Source: a virus
Length of the DNA: 64,000 bases
Strand: one strand, 5' to 3'
IMG/VR virus record: IMGVR_UViG_3300017917_003053
Coordinates: 1 to 64,000 of that record
In this document: positions 10,868 to 21,205 of the stretch, piece after piece
Numbering within the stretch: position 1 is the first letter of the stretch
Layout: every line of letters starts with the position of its first letter
Notes under the pieces: generated by a model
What the model was told of the DNA's origin: nothing
The model's input: the letters and a program-made list of their open reading frames with translations, nothing else
The model's database searches: none
Position numbers and translations under genes: made by a program

Positions 10868-13800
10868 ATGAAATACCGTACTAGTCCAGAACGATATTCT
10901 TTTCATCAAAAATGCGATAAGCAAAGTTTTGAAGAAGGAAAGATGAATCATGATACATATGTGCAATTTCTAAATTATTGGGAATTAGCAAAGGTGAAAA
11001 ATAATCTACCTACAAACGATTTACCAGATTTAGAATATGAACTACGAACTAGTGACTATATTCACAACAAGTGCGTAGCGTCAGAAGATTATTGCAAAGA
11101 TTTGTATGCAGCCTTATGTAATAATGAATTCTTTAAAGATAATAAAGAATGTAGTTATAGTTGGAGAAGAGTTGGCGGAATTATTGCTGACATCTTAGAA
11201 AAGGGCGATTATATTGATTGGTATCTTTCTGGAAATGAAGGATATGTTACTGACGAAATAAGACAAGATTTAACAAATATGGGCTGGAAGATAGCCCCAA
11301 TAGTATTGGATACAAACAATGATTAGATCACGAATCAAACACTGGACTTGCTCAAAACTTGCTGACCTTATAAGAGGCGAGAAAAAACCACTTGCTCTTG
11401 GATGGGACGAATGGGACGAATGGCATGAAGCAGCAGAAAGAAAACATCCTTTTCGATATTGGATAGCAGAAAATGGCTTGAAAAAGTTGCAAAATTTCTT
11501 TATGTTTCCAGTAGATATTTATAGGACAGTAGAGGTCTACATCAGAAATCGTTTTATTGATAAACTTCATTATCTTCATACCGGATTAAAGCCCGGAGAA
11601 TATTATGATCTTGATTATAGAATTCTTCATGGTTTATTTAATGAATTAGTATTTTTTGTTGAGACAGAATGTGCTTGGTCTTATGGAAAACCCAAAGAAG
11701 TTAAACATCTTTACAAATTCAAGAATGGATCATGTAAACAAGCCGGATTGGATTATTTGAACTGGGGTATCAAAGACAAGTACAAAGGAAAACTAACTCC
11801 TTTTGCTAAAAGTTGCAAAGAGATTAAGCGTTTGTATCTTTGGTGGACAGAGAAAAGACCAAACCGTAAAAATCCATACTTAGATAAGTGGTATGAAGAA
11901 GATACTAAAATGTTAGTTGATCTTATCAAGATACGAAAGGATTTGTGGATATGAATAAAAAAATGATGAATGATATTACCAATTTCTATAATAACGTTGG
12001 CGATTATATTTATCTAGAATACAAACTTAAATATCATAAAATGTTTTTTGACGATAACAATATTAATAAACTATTTGATATGGTTGGAGATTATTATATG
12101 GGCGGAAATAATGTTCCAGATACGGCGGGTATGATTGTTGACTATTTTAGGATGATAAAATGAATATTTTTCAAGAATTATGGGATAATTTTACAAATTT
12201 CAATCATAAGAGTACTAACGAGATTGTTGAACCTTCAGTATACGTTTATAATGATATGTATCCTTACACTTTTGAGCAGACAATAAGAGTTACTCATCAT
12301 AGTAAACCTAAAAGGCGTGATCCTGCAAGACAATGGAAAAAAATCAAGAATTACCGATTTTAGGAAATAGTATTAATGGGGATACTGAGCCATTTGCTGA
12401 AATATATTTACTGGAGTTTGAAGAATGGTACAGTGTAGAATGAATACTCTTGCAGATTGGGTTCAAGAAAAGAATAAATTTGATGGCGTAAGCATGGTAA
12501 GACTAATTCATAATGGTCAAGCACATGATTATACCAAGTGGAAATTTAGCGGCCAAAATATTTTCTTTTTTGAAAATGATATGAAAGTTGGTCACATTTT
12601 ATGGACAACCGACAAGATCAAAATTATTGATGAAAATCATATTATAGGTAATGAAGACAATGATAAATATGTATATGCTTTAACCATATACTATGGAGGA
12701 GCAATATTATGATGTCTTTTAAAGAATTTTTGGATTTGGTTGATAAAACATATCACGAACATAGTTTTGAATGGCGTTATGGTCAAACTCTAATGAATGT
12801 TTTACATGGTGTTGATCCAAAACAGTACGGGAATATAACACGAACAGATTATGATTGTTATTATGATGATGGCATTGTTCGTTTCACACTAAATAAATTA
12901 GAAAAAGAGTGGTGCAATGGATGTTGATGATTATATTAATTCTTTGATTAAAGAAAATGAAAATCTCAAAAATACTGTCGATAGTCTGAAACTAGAGATA
13001 AGAACCCAAAGAAAAGAAATTGCATTACTTAGAGAAGAAAGAAGAACAATCATTCATAATGATCTACCTCCGGGTTTTGATCCAGAATGGAATGTCCCAG
13101 ACTCAGAACAAGACGCTAAAACACTAGGATTAAGATGATTAATTGTAAACCACAACCTTATAATAGCGTATGGGTTTGGGCCGATTCTCAAGACGAATTG
13201 GGCTTAACTTTCATGCGTTTTCAAGAATACTATGAAAGTGCTAACCCGGATTTTAGAGAAAAAATCTTTACTCAGGGACAATTGAGACGATGGTATTCTG
13301 AAACTTATGGTAGCAATAGTTACCACAGTCATTGGGTAGGTTTTAATTTTCCTAGTAAAGTTTTAATTCCCTTCAAAGAAGGACTGTTTGATCCACTAAC
13401 GGTGGAAGAACAAAGACTATTAGATTTATTTAAATACCGTAGTGATAATTTCTATATTATAGGTGCTCAAAGTAATTCCACTTTAAGACACGAACTAGCA
13501 CATGCACTATATGCTTCTAATCAAAAATATCGTGATGAAATAAATAAATTCCTTAATAAAAATAAAAATAAACTAAAATCAACATCAAAATATATTTTAA
13601 ACAAAGGATATTGTCCAGAAGTTTTGTATGACGAGATACAGGCTTATATTACAGATAATGACGATAATGAATTAATAAATAATACCTGTCCATCAATTAT
13701 TGCTGGAGTCAATAAAATTTTTAATAAGTACAATACAGAGAAAGTTAAAAAATAATGTGCAATAATAATGAAGAAATGTGCGATGAAGAAAAAAGTTACC

Positions 13801-14740
13801 ATGAATGGGTGGCTAACAATTTAGAATTTATGCAACAAAATAAATCACATATTAGTGTGATGAAAAAACTTTATATGCAAGGTTTTGCAGCAGGATTTGA
13901 ATATAAGAAGAAATTAACAGCACAGGAGTATCTGCAAAAATGAGTCCAATGTATAATCCAGATGATTGGAGCGAGGAATTTGACATTGTTTTAAAGTACG
14001 AACCGATGAGCGAAACCAATGTTAATAGAATTTTGGTTCAATATAAACATGATGATGTTCTAGATTATATTAAACAATTATGGAATTTAATTGATTATCA
14101 ACGCAAATATATTGCAGAACAGACTAAAACAATTGTGGCTATAAAACATAAAGTAGCATGGAAAAGATACGACAAAGATGAATCTGTTTTCACAGAGCAT
14201 CTTGACAAACCCAAACGAACTGATACAATGGGTTGTTGATATGTTCAAGATTACAGAAATCAAGCGTTGGGCCAAAGAAAAAGGATATACTATCATTAAA
14301 GAAAAAGATGATAGTATTAATGGTGCTAGTTATTATTGGTGCAAAGATAATGATCCATCTGTTACTGGTGTTGCTTTGAGCGTTAGTAAAGTTGCTATCG
14401 CAATTTATAATCATCTTAGCGACAATAAGTGGTTGGATCATCAAAAACAATTTCAAGAAAATAAAGAAGCAATAAAATTTACTACTGGTGATTATTGACC
14501 ATTATGTATGTAAAATTCATAGCAAAAACCAATACTTGGTTTGATGTTGGAACAGAAGTTTTTGATGCTTCAATATGTGATTGGGGCAGAACCAGTAAAA
14601 GATTAAATAAACAAGACTATGAAAATATCTGGATCAAAGCAGGACACATTCTTGGCAGAGGTTTAAGAAATGGTTTTTGGGATGAAGAATTATGTCCTTT
14701 AGAAGAATTTGAAATATCGTATACAAAGGATCAAATATGA
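10868..14740 (+). CDS. array of hypothetical ORFs; 13135-13755 carries an HExxH (LRHELAHALY) metallopeptidase-like motif
   Basis: ORF track, contiguous packing. Confidence 0.65.
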
Positions 14741-15384
14741 ATGTAAAGTTAGTAAGTGTGACTCCAGATGCTGAAAAGTTAATGGCTTATTGTGCGAGAG
14801 TAAGCAACCCAAGCAATCAAAATAATGAGAACTATGCTAAACTACTAAAGTATTGCATAGATCATCAGCACTGGAGTATTTTTGAGCATGGATTTATGAC
14901 AGTAGAGATAAACACTACTAGAGGACTTGCTGCTCAGATTCTTCGTCATCGAAGTTTCACATTCCAAGAATTTAGTCAGCGTTATGCCGATACTACATTA
15001 TTAGCAGAAGAAATTCCACTATTTGAACTTCGTCGCCAAGACACTAAAAATAGACAAAATAGTATTGATGATATGGGAGATGAGATACGAGCAAAGTGGA
15101 ATACTAAAATTCGTGAGCATTTTGGTAAAGCAAAAGCAATATACGATGGAATGATCGTTGATGGTATTGCTAAAGAGTGTGCTAGATTTGTACTTCCACT
15201 AGCAACTCCTACTAGACTATACATGAGCGGTACAGCACGTTCATGGATTCATTATATCCAATTACGTTCTGGTCATGGAACTCAAAAAGAACATATGGAT
15301 ATTGCTAACGAATGTAAAACTATTTTTGTAGAACAATTTCCTACTATTGGAGAGGCTTTGGGATGGAAAAATGAAACAGTATAA
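14737..15384 (+). CDS. thyX: FAD-dependent thymidylate synthase
   Basis: HWSIFEH and the RHRSFTFQEFSQRY ThyX motif; ARFVLP. Confidence 0.97.
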   Translation: MNVKLVSVTPDAEKLMAYCARVSNPSNQNNENYAKLLKYCIDHQHWSIFEHGFMTVEINTTRGLAAQILRHRSFTFQEFSQRYADTTLLAEEIPLFELRRQDTKNRQNSIDDMGDEIRAKWNTKIREHFGKAKAIYDGMIVDGIAKECARFVLPLATPTRLYMSGTARSWIHYIQLRSGHGTQKEHMDIANECKTIFVEQFPTIGEALGWKNETV

Positions 15385-15543
15385 CGTGACTGCTCAAGTT
15401 TATAATAAATTTGATCCAACAAAACAAACTATTCTTATGAATGAGATTGTTCCTGCAATTTCAAAACATAATGCTATAGATTATTTTACAGAAATATTCA
15501 CAATAGACTATTTCATAATGAAAATTTATAGCGTTGAAGAGAT

Positions 15544-16278
15544 ATGACTACTAATTTTATAGTATTCATTTTATGTAAGAATATTTCAGATAGAATTGAA
15601 ACATTTTCTCAAATATTAAGACTCAATCATATAGAATATTCTATTATTTGTGATGATTGTTCTATCAAAGATGATTTAAGTTTGCTAAATCAAGGTTTTT
15701 ATAATTTAACGCGATCTCCATATATTAAAAAGCCCAGTGCTTGGGATAAGTCTTTTTATTCTATAGATAAATATGCTTGGCTAGAAAAATATCAATATTT
15801 CTATTTTATAGAAGAAGATGTTTATAGTAAAGACTATCATACAATAGTCTCTTTTATATTATATGCTCAAAAACTTGTAAACATTGATTTTTTATCCCAA
15901 AAAATTAAACCTAAATCTCATCATCCAACATGGAAACATTGGAAAGAAGATTATATTTCACACCTAAAAAGTCCACATCAATCATTTAATCCATTATGTA
16001 GACTATCCTCTAAACTTATTAAACAGGTCTTAGAATATAAATTAATACATAACCAATTTAATTTTCATGAGATATTATTTCCATCTTTATGTATTGAACA
16101 TAATATGACTCATTTAAATTATATGGAAGATGAAAAATTACAAAAATATGTTGGATACATTAGATATAATCCTATTATTTTAGAAAATGATATTTCAGAT
16201 AATCTTATATATCATCCCGTAAAATATTCCAAATCTGACAGAGAAAAAAGTATAGTTCCGCTTGACGAAAGACGATAG
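15544..16278 (+). CDS. putative GT-A-like glycosyltransferase
   Basis: AWDKS...YFYFIEEDV (ExD motif), CRLS, HEILFPSL, IYHPVK; very AT-rich. Confidence 0.55.
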   Translation: MTTNFIVFILCKNISDRIETFSQILRLNHIEYSIICDDCSIKDDLSLLNQGFYNLTRSPYIKKPSAWDKSFYSIDKYAWLEKYQYFYFIEEDVYSKDYHTIVSFILYAQKLVNIDFLSQKIKPKSHHPTWKHWKEDYISHLKSPHQSFNPLCRLSSKLIKQVLEYKLIHNQFNFHEILFPSLCIEHNMTHLNYMEDEKLQKYVGYIRYNPIILENDISDNLIYHPVKYSKSDREKSIVPLDERR

Positions 16279-16289
16279 TATGGTATACT
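16262..16289 (+). promoter_or_regulatory. sigma70-type promoter with variant (GA)CGATA box
   Basis: TTGACG-aaagaCGATAgtatgg-TATACT; SD GGAGG before ATG 16307. Confidence 0.8.
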
Positions 16290-16306
16290 CCCATTCGGAG
16301 GCTGAT

Positions 16307-17218
16307 ATGAAATATGGTTTGTGTTGTATTTCGCTTAAACTTAAAGAACAAGGCATTGGTCATCAGACCATGACTTTTAAAAGATTCAATTCTCTTCCAA
16401 GAGAAGAAGCATTACAGATTCTTGGATATAGAATTCTTAACAACTTGAGAACTACCAATGAAACAATCAAATTTTGCGGAAATCATGGGTATGTTTACAG
16501 GGTTAGTAGTGATATTTTTCCTCTTATTACTTATGATGCAGCAAATGTTTCGCTAGACGATCTTCCTAATCATGATGAAATTCAAGACGAGTTTGATAAT
16601 ATTGCACAAACTATTACCAGTAGTAATGTTCGTGTTTCTTGTCATCCTAGTGAATTTAATTCACTCTCCAGCCTCACCGATAAAGTTGTGGAAAAAACAA
16701 TCACAGAACTCAATTTCTACAGCAGTTTCTTCGACAGAATCGGCTTGCCAGCAAATACTCTCAGTCCAATGAATTTGCACGTTCATAATAATAACGGTAC
16801 TAGAGAAGAAATTTCTCGCCGCTTTTATGAAAATTTCAAACGTCTTGATGAGAATTGTCAGGCTAGACTTACTATTGAAAACGACGACAAACTTAATTGT
16901 TGGAGTGTGCGTGAACTGGTAGATATTTTTCATCCTATTACTCGCATCCCCATTTGCTTCGACTATCTGCACCATAAGTGTCATCCTAATAACTTAACAG
17001 AAGTTGAGGCTATTAATATGTGTTATGATACTTGGCAAACTCGTCCTCTTTTTCATTATAGTGAAAGTCGAGAAGGAAATAATCCAAGGGCTCATGCTGA
17101 TTATGCTGAAAATATCTTTGATAATTATGGATTAGAATTTGACGTAGACATGGAATTGAAAGCAAAAGATCATGCAATCGAAAAATATGAACAAATAACT
17201 AAAGGAGTATTAATATGA
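16307..17218 (+). CDS. uvsE: UV damage endonuclease (UvsE/UVDE)
   Basis: YGLCCI, YRVSSDIFP, RVSCHP, IENDDK, FDYLHH, HYSES, AHADY and ELKAKD motifs. Confidence 0.95.
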   Translation: MKYGLCCISLKLKEQGIGHQTMTFKRFNSLPREEALQILGYRILNNLRTTNETIKFCGNHGYVYRVSSDIFPLITYDAANVSLDDLPNHDEIQDEFDNIAQTITSSNVRVSCHPSEFNSLSSLTDKVVEKTITELNFYSSFFDRIGLPANTLSPMNLHVHNNNGTREEISRRFYENFKRLDENCQARLTIENDDKLNCWSVRELVDIFHPITRIPICFDYLHHKCHPNNLTEVEAINMCYDTWQTRPLFHYSESREGNNPRAHADYAENIFDNYGLEFDVDMELKAKDHAIEKYEQITKGVLI

Positions 17219-17363
17219 GTGCTTGGCTAATAGGACTAACAGGTTGTATTTATTTGTATGTGGCATTAGAGCAATATCTTGTTCATCGTAATATTGGTAT
17301 GCTAATTACATACATAGGTTATGCTTTTGCTAATGTTGGTTTGTATATGCTGGCAAGTAAGTA

Positions 17364-17822
17364 ATGAAAATCATTAATAAAACGATTCGTAAATCTTACC
17401 AGAATTGGAGTCCTAATCCTATGATTAGGTGCTACCATTATGCTGCCGCATTTGATGGTAACAAGATGATTTGTTTTAGCAAAAACAACCCGATTAAAAC
17501 CAATGCGAGAGCGTATCGTATTGGAGAACAATTTAATTTGCCTAAGTATAAGGAATTCCCATTTGTTCATGCTGAATCTCATCTTATTTCTAAATTGTTG
17601 GATAAGTATAATACCATTGATTCTAATTGGTCAGTTGTTGTTATGCGAATTAATCGAAAAGGACTAATTTTAGGAAGTAAGCCTTGTGAGAATTGTGGAA
17701 AACTTTTATGTGCAGTTGGTCTGAATACAGTTTATTATAGTAATGATGACGGCACTTTTACTGACGGTGTTGGCAATTTGATTGAAGCAGAGTCCTTGAC
17801 AATGCCGATGCTCATGGTATAA
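17364..17822 (+). CDS. cytidine/deoxycytidylate deaminase-fold zinc protein
   Basis: HAE...SKPCENC zinc motif; VYYS. Confidence 0.85.
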   Translation: MKIINKTIRKSYQNWSPNPMIRCYHYAAAFDGNKMICFSKNNPIKTNARAYRIGEQFNLPKYKEFPFVHAESHLISKLLDKYNTIDSNWSVVVMRINRKGLILGSKPCENCGKLLCAVGLNTVYYSNDDGTFTDGVGNLIEAESLTMPMLMV

Positions 17823-17823
17823 T
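17796..17823 (+). promoter_or_regulatory. sigma70-type promoter with CCGAT box
   Basis: TTGACA-atgCCGATgctcatgg-TATAAT; SD AAGGAGG. Confidence 0.85.
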
Positions 17824-17842
17824 CCGTTCAAAGGAGGCTACC

Positions 17843-18061
17843 ATGAACTGTATTTATTGCAATGATATTATTCCAGAAGGTCGAGTTGAATTTTTGGTTG
17901 ATACAGGACGTAAAATGACTTGTAAAGGATGTACTATGGAAAGTCGTGCTGTGGGATTTATGGATTGGGGACATAAAACCGCCCCTTCTCTGGTAATGGT
18001 CCCAGCAAATGCAAAAGAAACTATTCGTATTCTTGATAGAGCCAATAGGAGAGCAAGATGA
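17843..18061 (+). CDS. DksA/TraR-type C4 zinc-finger protein
   Basis: CIYCNDIIPEGRVEFL...TCKGC resembles CxxCGxxIPxxRL...CxxC. Confidence 0.65.
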   Translation: MNCIYCNDIIPEGRVEFLVDTGRKMTCKGCTMESRAVGFMDWGHKTAPSLVMVPANAKETIRILDRANRRAR

Positions 18062-18498
18062 AAAATAAAATGACTTGGTTAGATTTATATAATTTTCTTT
18101 ATGAAAAGGCTAATGATATTAATGGTGAAGGAAGTTTTCCTTGGCAAGAATCTGTACAAGTATTTGATTTTGAAACCCTAGAATATTATAATACAGATTT
18201 TATTGAAATGCCAAATAATAAAATTTCTCTATCCATTGATACTGCACAAATTACGGAGCCAACTTATGGATCTTGAAATTGAAAGCCTTCTTTTTAAGCA
18301 AGTAGAAAAACCAAAACATCATCTTATGACTAAGATTATTAATGTTTGGGAAAATCGTTACAGAATTAATGTCTATATTGAAATTGAAGAAGATAATCTA
18401 ACTAAGAAGCGTATTCATAGTAGTTATTTTTGTCACTATAATCCTGGCAAACTTCAAATTATGAGTGGCTCTAGCGGAATTTTTCTAAAGACTACCCC

Positions 18499-18526
18499 TT
18501 GACAGGACCGATAACTGAGGTATACT
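18499..18526 (+). promoter_or_regulatory. sigma70-type promoter with CCGATA box
   Basis: TTGACA-ggaCCGATAactgagg-TATACT; SD AGGAG. Confidence 0.85.
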
Positions 18527-18556
18527 TAGAACATAACGCTAACACAGGAGATAACC

Positions 18557-18964
18557 ATGCCAAAGGGTAAAAAGACTTGTCCGAAATGCAATCACGAAAC
18601 TGGACCGCGAGCCTATTGCTGTCCTAAGTGTAATCATGTTTTTGCTTTTAAGCCCAAGAGCAAAGAAGCCAAAAACACTAAGATGATTCAGAATGTTAAT
18701 TGGCGTGAATTGGTTAAGGGTGATCGTATTAAGGTTAATGGAGGCCCGTACTTTGTTAGTAAGGGGGAATTTATCCCTATGGGTTATAGAGGACGATTTG
18801 TGGTTGAGAGTGTTGATAAAAATGGTATTCTTGCTTGGGGTATTGACAAGAGTGCTGGATTCTGCCATATTTATATGGGCGGAGATATTCAGAACAAGGA
18901 AACTGGTGTTTGGAAAACCAAGCACAAGTTGATTAAACTCAAACAGAAAGAGCCTGTGTCGTGA
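18557..18964 (+). CDS. zinc-ribbon protein
   Basis: KTCPKC...CPKCNHVF at the N-terminus. Confidence 0.7.
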   Translation: MPKGKKTCPKCNHETGPRAYCCPKCNHVFAFKPKSKEAKNTKMIQNVNWRELVKGDRIKVNGGPYFVSKGEFIPMGYRGRFVVESVDKNGILAWGIDKSAGFCHIYMGGDIQNKETGVWKTKHKLIKLKQKEPVS

Positions 18965-19245
18965 ACGATAAAAAAGCAGCACTAGAAAAACTACTCTGTA
19001 AAAGAGATCAAATATTTAATGAATTAGCCGAAATTGAGTCTTTACTTCAAGTTTATTTTAGTGATGATTTTTCCGTTGCGTATCAGCATTGGATTCCTCA
19101 GATTAAAACTGCATTGACCGATAATACAGTATGGTTGCCAAGAGGACAGTATAGTATGGATTATACTATTAAGTCTATTTTGGATAGGTTGTCGATTGAC
19201 ACTAATAAAGGTGTATCTAAATTTATCAAATGATTGGAGTATACA

Positions 19246-19662
19246 ATGAATGAAGAAGAAATGTATGCTATTACTAATTTAGAGGGCTATGCTCTTGAAA
19301 TGAGACAGGCTGCTGCTAATAGTTTGTGTGAAAATAATGAAGATAATTTAGATGATTATATTAGTATTTCTCAAATGATTAATCTTGTTAAGGAACATTG
19401 TGTTGGTTTCGATAGCAACAATAGACCTTTATTGAATGAAGATACAAATGAAGAAATTTATGAATCTACAGTAATATGGATACAAAATGTGGGTTTGGCT
19501 AAACTAGCCGCAAAAGATTTGGTTCAGTGTGCTTGGGATACAGATACCAACGAAATGGTATTTTGGGCTAATCCAAAAATAACAGACACAAAAACCAAAA
19601 AGAGAAAAACTCATGGTACAACTAACAAACGAAGAAATAAGAAGAAAGATCAGGGATCTTGA
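19246..19662 (+). CDS. hypothetical protein, paralog of 34040-34444
   Basis: Shared C-terminal LxxLxxxxLVxxA(W/Y)DxxxxxxVFW. Confidence 0.65.
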   Translation: MNEEEMYAITNLEGYALEMRQAAANSLCENNEDNLDDYISISQMINLVKEHCVGFDSNNRPLLNEDTNEEIYESTVIWIQNVGLAKLAAKDLVQCAWDTDTNEMVFWANPKITDTKTKKRKTHGTTNKRRNKKKDQGS

Positions 19663-19806
19663 AGATAAAATACATGATTGTAAATCATATATCTCATCAG
19701 ACTTCTGCGTAAGTTGTAATGAAATGTATAATAACATTCAAAAATATGAAGCAGAAATATCGACACTAAAGCAATTGTATCACAACGATTGATTTTGTTT
19801 CAAGTG

Positions 19807-19834
19807 TTGACAGGCCGATGGACGATGGTATAAT
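19807..19834 (+). promoter_or_regulatory. sigma70-type promoter for the tRNA
   Basis: TTGACA-ggCCGATggaCGATgg-TATAAT, 10 nt before the tRNA 5' end. Confidence 0.85.
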
Positions 19835-19844
19835 ACAAGAACAT

Positions 19845-19918
19845 GGGGCGTTGCCGCCGGTAGTGGCACATACTCTTATAAGGTATTCAAAAGGTAGGTT
19901 CGACTCCTACACGCCCTA
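19845..19918 (+). tRNA. tRNA-Ile(UAU), atypical D arm
   Basis: Acceptor GGGGCGT/ACGCCCT+A; anticodon arm ATACT-CTTATAA-GGTAT; T arm GTAGG-TTCGACT-CCTAC; CCA not encoded. Confidence 0.75.
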
Positions 19919-20159
19919 TTCCATATTAGGTGTATTCTAATATAGCCTTCCAGATATTATCCCACCTAATAGAAAGAAAAACATGAAATATAGATTATTG
20001 TTTATTTTTTTAGTTGCCATTTTATTTGCTTCATTAACTATGAATGTTATTCATTCAGAATCTTTAGATGCTGCACATAAAACAATCGAAATACATGATA
20101 TGGTTCAAACAAAAGTAATCAATAGTCTGCATGATAGACTTATGCAATTGGAAGATTGA

Positions 20160-20514
20160 GGGTGCGTAAAGGTTTCGACTACATATCGGAGATTATATTA
20201 GCAAGTAGTGGTTGATCGACAGGCCACTTTAAAAGTCGATTAAACGCTTTAACTGGCGAAACTCAGTTAGCACTTGCTGCCTGACAAAAAAGGGCAGTAA
20301 CAGACTGCGATACCGAATGAGGGTAGGGATCAAAAGTCTGTCGTTAAATCCCTCTGCACTTACAATATCCAACGGGTTGTAGGTTAAGAGCAGTTGGTAA
20401 GGCTAGAAAAATCTTGTGTGTTCTATATTCTAGTTTAACTCATGAATACAATAAACTTGTAGAAGATGTTTTTGATGCTATGATAGGACGCGGGTTCGAC
20501 TCCCGCCGCATCCA
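20160..20514 (+). ncRNA. ssrA: tmRNA
   Basis: Acceptor GGGTGCG/CGCATCC with G3-U70; T arm GCGGG-TTCGACT-CCCGC; tag frame 20255-20284 encodes (A)GETQLALAA-stop; about 355 nt. Confidence 0.93.
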
Positions 20515-20556
20515 TTAAAAAGTGTATTTATTAGTATTTACTTACTACTAATAAAT

Positions 20557-21156
20557 ATGTTTAAATTAATTACAGCCTATAATAATAGATATGAAACATT
20601 AGCCAAAATTGTTACTCCAATTTTTCGTGACTATTGTACATATCATAAATATCAATATCAGGAATATATTATACCAGATAACTATTCTAGGCCAGCACCG
20701 TGGGCAAAAATAGAATATCTTCTTAAAGAAATAGATCAAAGACCCAATTACTATACTTTATGGATAGATATTGATGCTGTTATAGTCAATAAACAAATTG
20801 ATTTATGGTCATTTATCAAACCTAATAAATTTTTATATCTGTCCAAAGATCACAACAATATCAATAGTGGAGTTGTATTGATAAAAAATCATACAGAAAT
20901 TAAAAAACTTCTTAAAAAAACATGGACATTAACACAATATCTTAATCATGAATGGTGGGAACAGGCGGCTTTAATACATCTTATTGACCAAAACTTTAAT
21001 AATATCAAATATCATATTGAATATATTCCATCCATAAAATTTAATACCATAGATCAAGAACCTAGTCAAAGTTCTTTTATAGCACATTTGGCGGGTCCAT
21101 TTATGGAAAGAAAATTACACTATCTTACAAAATATTCTCAGACGTACTGGACTTGA
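20557..21156 (+). CDS. GT34-like (galactosyltransferase GMA12/MNN10-type) glycosyltransferase
   Basis: PWAKI, WIDIDA (DxD), INSGV, WWEQAAL and FIAHLAG motifs. Confidence 0.8.
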   Translation: MFKLITAYNNRYETLAKIVTPIFRDYCTYHKYQYQEYIIPDNYSRPAPWAKIEYLLKEIDQRPNYYTLWIDIDAVIVNKQIDLWSFIKPNKFLYLSKDHNNINSGVVLIKNHTEIKKLLKKTWTLTQYLNHEWWEQAALIHLIDQNFNNIKYHIEYIPSIKFNTIDQEPSQSSFIAHLAGPFMERKLHYLTKYSQTYWT

Positions 21157-21205
21157 CAAGACGCAACCATAGTGGTATATTGCATAGACACAGGAGTAAA
21201 ATTAG

